From a virus (lineage: Duplodnaviria; Caudoviricetes): DNA of 64,000 bases. The stretch spans positions 1 through 64,000 of IMG/VR virus record IMGVR_UViG_3300042852_000025; one strand, 5' to 3'. Positions 58,655-64,000 of this stretch are shown piece after piece (the stretch's first letter is position 1; every line of letters starts with the position of its first letter). A model generated the notes under the pieces. The model was given only the letters and a program-made list of their open reading frames with translations, was not told the DNA's origin and ran no database searches. The position numbers were made by a program, and so were the translations under genes.

Positions 58655-59236
58655 TTAAATCGCCACCCGGTTATTGATCCACCCAAAGATAAACGCCTTA
58701 TTTTTGGCTCTCGCCTCGGTGCGGCCGAGGTAATACACCGCCTGCTGGGAGTTGATCAGGGCCAGCAGGCAGTGTTCGCCCTGTGCCTTGCGCAACGCCA
58801 GAAAGGCGTCCAGGGCAATAAAACTCTGCGGCCCCAGGTTGCCGTCCGGCTCCAGCTGAGGGTAGTTTACCTTACCGTCGCCGTCCGGGTCGTTCAGTGC
58901 GTTGAGCGCACGCTGCAGGAACGTCGCGGCCTGACCCGGCGGCAGGTTGACCTCGATTTCAAACAGCTCGGCGGCCAGTCGGTGGCTGCGCAGCAGCACC
59001 TCGTCGAAGTGCGGCTTGACGAAGTAGTTGCGCAGGTACAGCAACTCGGCGCTGTCGCGGGGGTAGTCTTTCATCGCCCCCTTGTAGCCGTCAGCGCGGG
59101 CCACTGCCTCGGTCACGCCGAATCTCGTTGAACCCCCGGCGTCATTCGCATCAATCTTGCCGCCGCCGTCCCCCTCGATGCCGATCAGCTCGGCAATGAT
59201 CTTGTCGATTTCCGGTGTGCGTGTGATCAGTGCCAT
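58655..59236 (-). CDS. Endolysin, glycoside hydrolase 108 with PG-binding domain
   Basis: IEG...DAGGSTRFGVT; FLQRALN; FIFGWINNRV. Confidence 0.88.
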   Translation of the reverse strand: MALITRTPEIDKIIAELIGIEGDGGGKIDANDAGGSTRFGVTEAVARADGYKGAMKDYPRDSAELLYLRNYFVKPHFDEVLLRSHRLAAELFEIEVNLPPGQAATFLQRALNALNDPDGDGKVNYPQLEPDGNLGPQSFIALDAFLALRKAQGEHCLLALINSQQAVYYLGRTEARAKNKAFIFGWINNRVAI

Positions 59237-59263
59237 GGTGTCGCCCCTTTCTTATTGTTTTGG

Positions 59264-59548
59264 TTATTGCACGATCGCGATTTCAACCCACTCGCTGCGC
59301 AGCTTCACGTCAGGCCCGAACTCGATGACGACCTGTAGCCAGTAGCTGCCATAGAGCGGCATGTCCCCGACTTTTGTGGTGTAACGCACCACCCCCGTTC
59401 CCGCGTTCAGCACCGTCAAAGCGGACGTAATGGTCACTCCTGCGGCATCACGAATGTCCAGGGACAGTGCGGTCTTGTCGGTCAGATCCACCCCCACTGT
59501 GATGTCGATGTCGATGCCGTAGGTGTTGCGAAAAATCCTGATAGTCAT
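59264..59548 (-). CDS. BppU-N-like small structural protein
   Basis: GVVRYTT..GD...GSYWLQVVIEF. Confidence 0.6.
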   Translation of the reverse strand: MTIRIFRNTYGIDIDITVGVDLTDKTALSLDIRDAAGVTITSALTVLNAGTGVVRYTTKVGDMPLYGSYWLQVVIEFGPDVKLRSEWVEIAIVQ

Positions 59549-59560
59549 GGGGCGCTCCAC

Positions 59561-61264
59561 TTAGGCGATGTCGACCGTGACGCTGAAACCGGCGCTGGTC
59601 GTCGTGCTAACAACGAGGGGGAGGACTGGCACGGCCCCGGCCACGGCCACTGACGTGAGCACACCCGCAGTAGCTGTGAATTCGGCAGGGGGCAGCACCA
59701 CCAGAGCGGTGAGCCTGGCTGTCACTGCGTTATGGCTGTAAGGGTTGCTCTTGAGTGCGATCCGCGTGGTCAAAACGGCCGCAGCCCCTGTCTGGTCCAG
59801 CAGGGCGGCGCGCAAACCCGCGATCGCCGCCGCCAGCCTGGCAGTCGCCACGCTTTGGCTACTGGCGTCGACCTTGAGCAGGATCTGCGTGCCGAGGCTT
59901 GCCGTTGCATTGGCTTGGCCAGCCAAGGCCGCGAGCAGCCCGATCTGTGTGGTGAGCCTTGCGGTCGCGGCGACCTGCGCACTCACCGTGGCGACCATGT
60001 TGTCGTGCGTGGTGAGGCGGGCCGTGGCTGCACTGACGCCGGAGGCACTCGCCTGCAGCGGAATCGCGGTGGTGAGCGCGGCGCCCACCGACACTTGGCC
60101 AGCGGCGGCGGCCTTTGGATTAATCACTGTGGTGAAGGCGGCACTCACCGTTGTCGAGCTACTGGCGGCGGCTTTCGGACGGATCGCCGTGGTGAAGGTT
60201 GCGCTAGCCGTTGTCGAGATACTGCCGTCAGCCTTGGTGTGGATCGCGGTGGTGATGGCAGCACTGGCCGTCGCCGTACTGCTACCGGCGGCCTTCGGAC
60301 GGATCGCCGTGGTAATGGCGGCGCTGAGAGTGGCTGCACTGCTACCGTTCGCTTTCGGACGGATCGCGGTGGTGAAAGCGGCACTCACCGTTGTCGTGCT
60401 ACTGCCGTTCGCCTTCGGGTGGATTGCCGTCGTCAACGCCGAAGTTGTGGTTACGTGACCGGCAGCGTTCGCCTTCGGACGGATCGCCGTGGTCAACGCC
60501 GAAGTTGCGGTCACCTGGTCGGCAGCGTTGGCCTTCGGGTGGATCGCCGTGGTCAGCGCCGCCGTGCGCGAACACACGCTGCTCAGCGCCGCCGCCAAAT
60601 GGGCGGCTGTGGATTTGAAGCTCAGGTTGTCGTCGAGGTCGAGGAAGCTCGCGTGGTTGCTGACCGTGGCGTTCAGCGTGGCGTTTTCTGTGGTGCCGTC
60701 GAAAAAGAAGTTCGCCGTATAGGCCGCGGCAGTGCCTTGCAAAAGCGCCGGCCATACCTCGCAGATCAGCACATCGCCGTCGAGTGCGCTGACCGTCGTG
60801 CCGGGCGAGGTGGCAGAACCCCAGTCGACTTTCTCGGTGTTGGCTGCAGAGGGTGCTGCAGCGCCCGAGACAGCCGTGGTTGTCCCGGGACCGTCAAACA
60901 GCATTCCCACCACCGCACCGGTGGACGGGCGCCACACGTACAGGCAGGTAGACAGGTACTGGCCCAGGTTCATCTGAGTGTTTGACTGGGTTAACGCGAC
61001 GTTCAACCGGAAAACGCAGCTCAAGGTTTGGTTGCCGTTCAACGGGGGGCTGGTGAATATCCCCATGAACGGCAGTTGCAGGGAGGTGTTTGCCAGCGAG
61101 GTGCCGGACAGCGATGTCTGCGCGGTGCCGATGGTGGTATCCATCTTGCGCAGGGTGCTGGCGCCGGTGGCGCTCCAGCTCGGCGTAGCCGAGGACTGCT
61201 CACCTGTCGGAAAGGTGCCCGTCAGGGCGTGAGAGGCCGCGTGCAAATACAGTTTCGTTGTCAT
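59561..61264 (-). CDS. Fibre protein with 20-aa repeats
   Basis: About 14-15 xA(L/F/I)TTAIxPKA-type repeats; 60-bp DNA period at 60181-60560. Confidence 0.75.
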   Translation of the reverse strand: MTTKLYLHAASHALTGTFPTGEQSSATPSWSATGASTLRKMDTTIGTAQTSLSGTSLANTSLQLPFMGIFTSPPLNGNQTLSCVFRLNVALTQSNTQMNLGQYLSTCLYVWRPSTGAVVGMLFDGPGTTTAVSGAAAPSAANTEKVDWGSATSPGTTVSALDGDVLICEVWPALLQGTAAAYTANFFFDGTTENATLNATVSNHASFLDLDDNLSFKSTAAHLAAALSSVCSRTAALTTAIHPKANAADQVTATSALTTAIRPKANAAGHVTTTSALTTAIHPKANGSSTTTVSAAFTTAIRPKANGSSAATLSAAITTAIRPKAAGSSTATASAAITTAIHTKADGSISTTASATFTTAIRPKAAASSSTTVSAAFTTVINPKAAAAGQVSVGAALTTAIPLQASASGVSAATARLTTHDNMVATVSAQVAATARLTTQIGLLAALAGQANATASLGTQILLKVDASSQSVATARLAAAIAGLRAALLDQTGAAAVLTTRIALKSNPYSHNAVTARLTALVVLPPAEFTATAGVLTSVAVAGAVPVLPLVVSTTTSAGFSVTVDIA

Positions 61265-61303
61265 CCCTACACCTCGACGGCCCCTCGACGAAGGTGGAGT
61301 GGA

Positions 61304-61744
61304 TTAGTTGTCGATCTGGAACGTCAGGTCGCCGATGGCAAACACTGGAGCCGGGTCACCGTTGTTGACCGTCTTGCTGACCGTCAGTGCGCTGTAGAAC
61401 AGCATGTTGCCCGAGGTCGACGCATCCATCACGGCCATACCGGTCACCGTGCCCCAGTTGGCGGTCGGTGTCGGAAAGGTGATCGCGGCGTTGTTCGACG
61501 TGGTGCCGCCGGTGCCGCTGGACGCGGTCGTGCTGCCCGCACTTTGCGTGCCGGCCCAGTTGGCCAGGCTGTTGGTCACCGCGACTCGCGCATAACTGCC
61601 GCCGGTGGCCTCGGTGCCCCCCGAGGTATCGGTAGGGTTCGCTGTAAACAGGGCGATGTAGAGCGTGCTCGGAAAGGTGTAGGCCTGGTTACGAAACAGC
61701 TGGTCGATCAGCTTGTTTTCCAGGTAGTCGGTCATTGCGCCCAT
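61304..61744 (-). CDS. Small phage fibre subunit
   Basis: MTDYLENKL, LYIALFT, GGSYARV, ITFPTPTANWGTVT, GNMLF. Confidence 0.8.
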   Translation of the reverse strand: MGAMTDYLENKLIDQLFRNQAYTFPSTLYIALFTANPTDTSGGTEATGGSYARVAVTNSLANWAGTQSAGSTTASSGTGGTTSNNAAITFPTPTANWGTVTGMAVMDASTSGNMLFYSALTVSKTVNNGDPAPVFAIGDLTFQIDN

Positions 61745-61875
61745 GAAGCACCCCAAAGTAGGTCGTGTGAAGAACGCGGTCCTACGTTGGGGCCGCTTGC
61801 ATTAAAGCGTAGGTTACGACCCCGGATTTCGCTTAAATTTCATAGCGCTAGGGGTCTAAACCAGCACTCTTGGAC

Positions 61876-62166
61876 CTACGCCGCGTGTTGCGCAGTGACC
61901 ACCGCCGTGAGTTGGCCAACCCGTTCCGCCAGGCGGGACAGGCGCTGCTCAAAGATGTGCTCAAACTCGCCTTTGCCTTCCTCGCGCAGGGCGGTCAGGG
62001 CGTCGGCCATGGTCATCGGTACGATCAACGCATGGGTGCTGTCAGGCAGGCTGGCCAGGTGGGCCTGGGCTTCGTCGCGGTGGGTGTAAACCCCCGCCAC
62101 CACAACGGATTGACGTACTTCGTCCAGCCGGTAAAGCACCAGCGCTTCAAGGGTGATTTCGCTCAT
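61876..62166 (-). CDS. Hypothetical protein
   Basis: First ORF of the leftward arm. Confidence 0.6.
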   Translation of the reverse strand: MSEITLEALVLYRLDEVRQSVVVAGVYTHRDEAQAHLASLPDSTHALIVPMTMADALTALREEGKGEFEHIFEQRLSRLAERVGQLTAVVTAQHAA

Positions 62167-62501
62167 GGGGAGACCTATGCGGATAATCAGCTCGGCCGTC
62201 TTCGGTTAGGTGAAACACTCGCGGCCTTGGGTTAAAGACTAGGCGAGGATCGCGAAAAAATTTTACGTTGCTTCGTTTTTGAGGCAACAGAGGCCTCAAA
62301 AGCGGGTGTTTTGCCCCCCTTTGAAACTTTTTTCACTATTTTTTCGATTGTGCTGGGAACCTTTCCTGACAAGGCTTTGGCGCCATGGATTGTCCGACAA
62401 ACGGTGTTTTTCGATGGCACTTTTGTGAATGTCAAGGGGGGTAAAGACGGATGCTTGGTTGTCTTTTTACCTAAATGCTCCGTATCCTATTGACCGTAAA
62501 C

Positions 62502-62535
62502 GAAAAAGCCCCCGCTGTTTAGGCGAGGGCTTTTC
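62502..62535. terminator. Possibly bidirectional terminator-like hairpin
   Basis: GAAAAAGCCC..GC loop GC..GGGCTTTTC. Confidence 0.6.
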
Positions 62536-62538
62536 GGA

Positions 62539-63148
62539 CTGGTGGGTATTGCAAGTACCGCCAGCCAAGGTCTCGGGGAATTCTGCTTAAACGGGCGGGA
62601 TACGAGACCGGGTCTAAAAAGTATACGCGAAAATTGATCGCGTGTTCAACCATGCCCGTCTCACCCCCGTAACCCTTCCATTGCGCGTCTGGATCAAGAT
62701 GGGGCGTTCGTTCGCCTATTGGGCCGCAGTGCGTAAAACCACCCACAAGGGGATCTTCTCAGGGTGGTCGGTATAGCCGGGAGGTACGAACCTGGAAACA
62801 GGTCGGGAAGGCAATGGCAGGGCGGCGTATTACCCAGACACAGGCGCCGTCGACTGTCCCAAAACCTACCCCCGCCGTGCGCCGAGAAGGGCCGAGGGCG
62901 CTTGTAACGCATAACCTCGAAAGCGCGGAACGCCAGCTGGGAGTGGGAGCCGGGAAACCGGGATTTCCCCATTGCGTGGAGTTGTGTGAAAGGCCTTTTT
63001 TCAGGGGCTGGACGCAGGGGCTCGCACGCCAGTGGGAGCAAGAAGGGGGCCAGCTTTCGGCGGCCCTTGCAAGCGCTCTAACCCCCACCTCGGGGAACGA
63101 ACAGGGGTCTGAACGATTTAATAATATTACGGTTAGCATCTGTTCAGA
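62539..63148 (+). ncRNA. Candidate large structured ncRNA of unknown class
   Basis: More than 12 helices found by hand, two GAAA tetraloops, long-range and crossing pairings, G-U pairs on the + strand. Confidence 0.6.
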
Positions 63149-63218
63149 TTTGTACGAGAAATGTAACGTGCTGTGCCCAGTACCAGGACAAATCCCAAAA
63201 ACAACAAGGAGAAGGACA

Positions 63219-63413
63219 ATGTTGATTCTGACCCGCCGCATTCACGAAACCATCATCGTTGGCGACGACATCCGCATCACAGTGCTTGGTGTCAGCGGCC
63301 TGCAGGTGCGCATCGGCATTGATGCGCCCAAGGGCATCGAGGTCCATCGCGAGGAAATCTACAACCGCATTCAGGCCGAAAAAGCTGAACTCGCGAATGT
63401 GGACCTAGACTGA
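63219..63413 (+). CDS. csrA: CsrA/RsmA translational regulator
   Basis: [43 protein letters not shown]. Confidence 0.96.
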   Translation: MLILTRRIHETIIVGDDIRITVLGVSGLQVRIGIDAPKGIEVHREEIYNRIQAEKAELANVDLD

Positions 63414-63443
63414 ACGGATAGCTTCATCACAGGGAGTCGCCGC

Positions 63444-64000
63444 TTGAACACGCCTACCCAACACAGCACCCCGAAAGGGCTGTACCAGTACGTCGGCAAA
63501 GACGACACCTACGAGTTGCTGGGTGACTGCATTGGCGCCGGTACCGATCGGGGCCACGACACCAAAATCTACCGCAACATCCACACCGGACAGTTGCACA
63601 GCCGGTTTGCCGATGACTTCGAAAACCGTTTGGTTCGTATCGGTGAGCGGGTTGAGTTTTCCTACAGTGAGGCTCCCCAACCCTACAACTCCGGTCATCA
63701 GATCGAAGGGGTGGACCGCTGCCACACCGTGCAGGAAATGATTCACTCCCTGCTCGATGCACACCCGGCGGTGCTGAAATCGGGAGCCGCCCCGTTGATC
63801 GAGCAAGCCCGCACGGCCATCTTTCAGGCCCATCAGCTGATCGGTCTGATGGACGACACCGTCGTTTCCAGCGGTGAAGACGACACCGATCTGCTGCGCG
63901 AAGCGCTTGAGCTTTTCGAGTACGTCACCTGGCACGATGGCCGCTACCGTCAAGAGTCCAGTTTGAAGTTTCAGACCCCGGCGCAGAAGTTGGTGAGCCG
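63444..64000 (+). CDS. Hypothetical protein (partial, runs off the window)
   Basis: AGGGAG RBS then TTG; open frame MNTPTQHSTPKGLYQYVGKDDTYELLG... to the window end. Confidence 0.65.
   Translation, partial: MNTPTQHSTPKGLYQYVGKDDTYELLGDCIGAGTDRGHDTKIYRNIHTGQLHSRFADDFENRLVRIGERVEFSYSEAPQPYNSGHQIEGVDRCHTVQEMIHSLLDAHPAVLKSGAAPLIEQARTAIFQAHQLIGLMDDTVVSSGEDDTDLLREALELFEYVTWHDGRYRQESSLKFQTPAQKLVS

Larger units (their letters stand above)
1..64000. mobile_element. Temperate siphovirus-type phage, probable phage-plasmid (partial genome)
   Basis: Complete head-tail module, own replisome and ParA partition cassette; no integrase and no host housekeeping genes in the window. Confidence 0.85.

Noticed and set aside
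60121-60560. 60-bp periodic DNA as a non-coding array
   Set aside because: Variation follows codon positions of the 20-aa protein repeat
62729-62970. Group II intron, RNase P or tmRNA identity for the large RNA
   Set aside because: GTGCG occurs, but there is no domain V, no GAGGAAAGTCC-type P4 motif and no tRNA-like ends
62536-63100. RsmY/RsmZ-type sponge sRNA
   Set aside because: About 17 GGA counted by eye, close to expectation for G-rich sequence; few are ANGGA in short hairpin loops, and the fold is much more complex than Rsm sRNAs
62814-63218. 135-codon in-frame N-terminal extension of csrA and other ORFs over 62232-63241
   Set aside because: CsrA begins at the canonical MLILTR with a strong RBS at 63219; the upstream frames lack an RBS and protein-like composition and overlap the structured region

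Overview
The window is a 64-kb slice of a GC-rich temperate siphovirus-type phage. It most likely persists as a plasmid (phage-plasmid), since it carries ParA plus a small partner and no integrase is visible. The host is probably Pseudomonas, judged from MvaT-, AmrZ- and RsmA-like genes. On the + strand, 1-13.9 kb is an accessory and early region (DUF3085, DUF932, YkgJ, parA, DUF4262, a CbtA-like fusion, two MvaT-like and one Arc/AmrZ-like regulator). From 13.9 to 28.4 kb is a replication and recombination block (primase-helicase, SNF2 helicase, family A polymerase, Dda/RecD helicase, resolvase-like nuclease, SbcD/SbcC, TraR/DksA). On the - strand, 28.3-62.2 kb is virion morphogenesis and lysis (fibres, tape measure, tail, capsid, S49 protease/scaffold, portal, GpA-type terminase, GH108 endolysin, an HNH gene and a second fibre module). 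A csrA/rsmA homologue starts at 63.2 kb. The most striking unexplained feature is a ~600-nt non-coding stretch (62539-63148) directly upstream of csrA. By hand it folds into a densely paired, pseudoknotted + strand RNA, making it a candidate new large phage ncRNA. Other signals are smaller structured intergenic elements, a shared late-promoter-like motif and partition-type heptad repeats at two sites 53 kb apart. All family calls come from motif recognition by eye and all folds are manual; no searches or folding programs were run.
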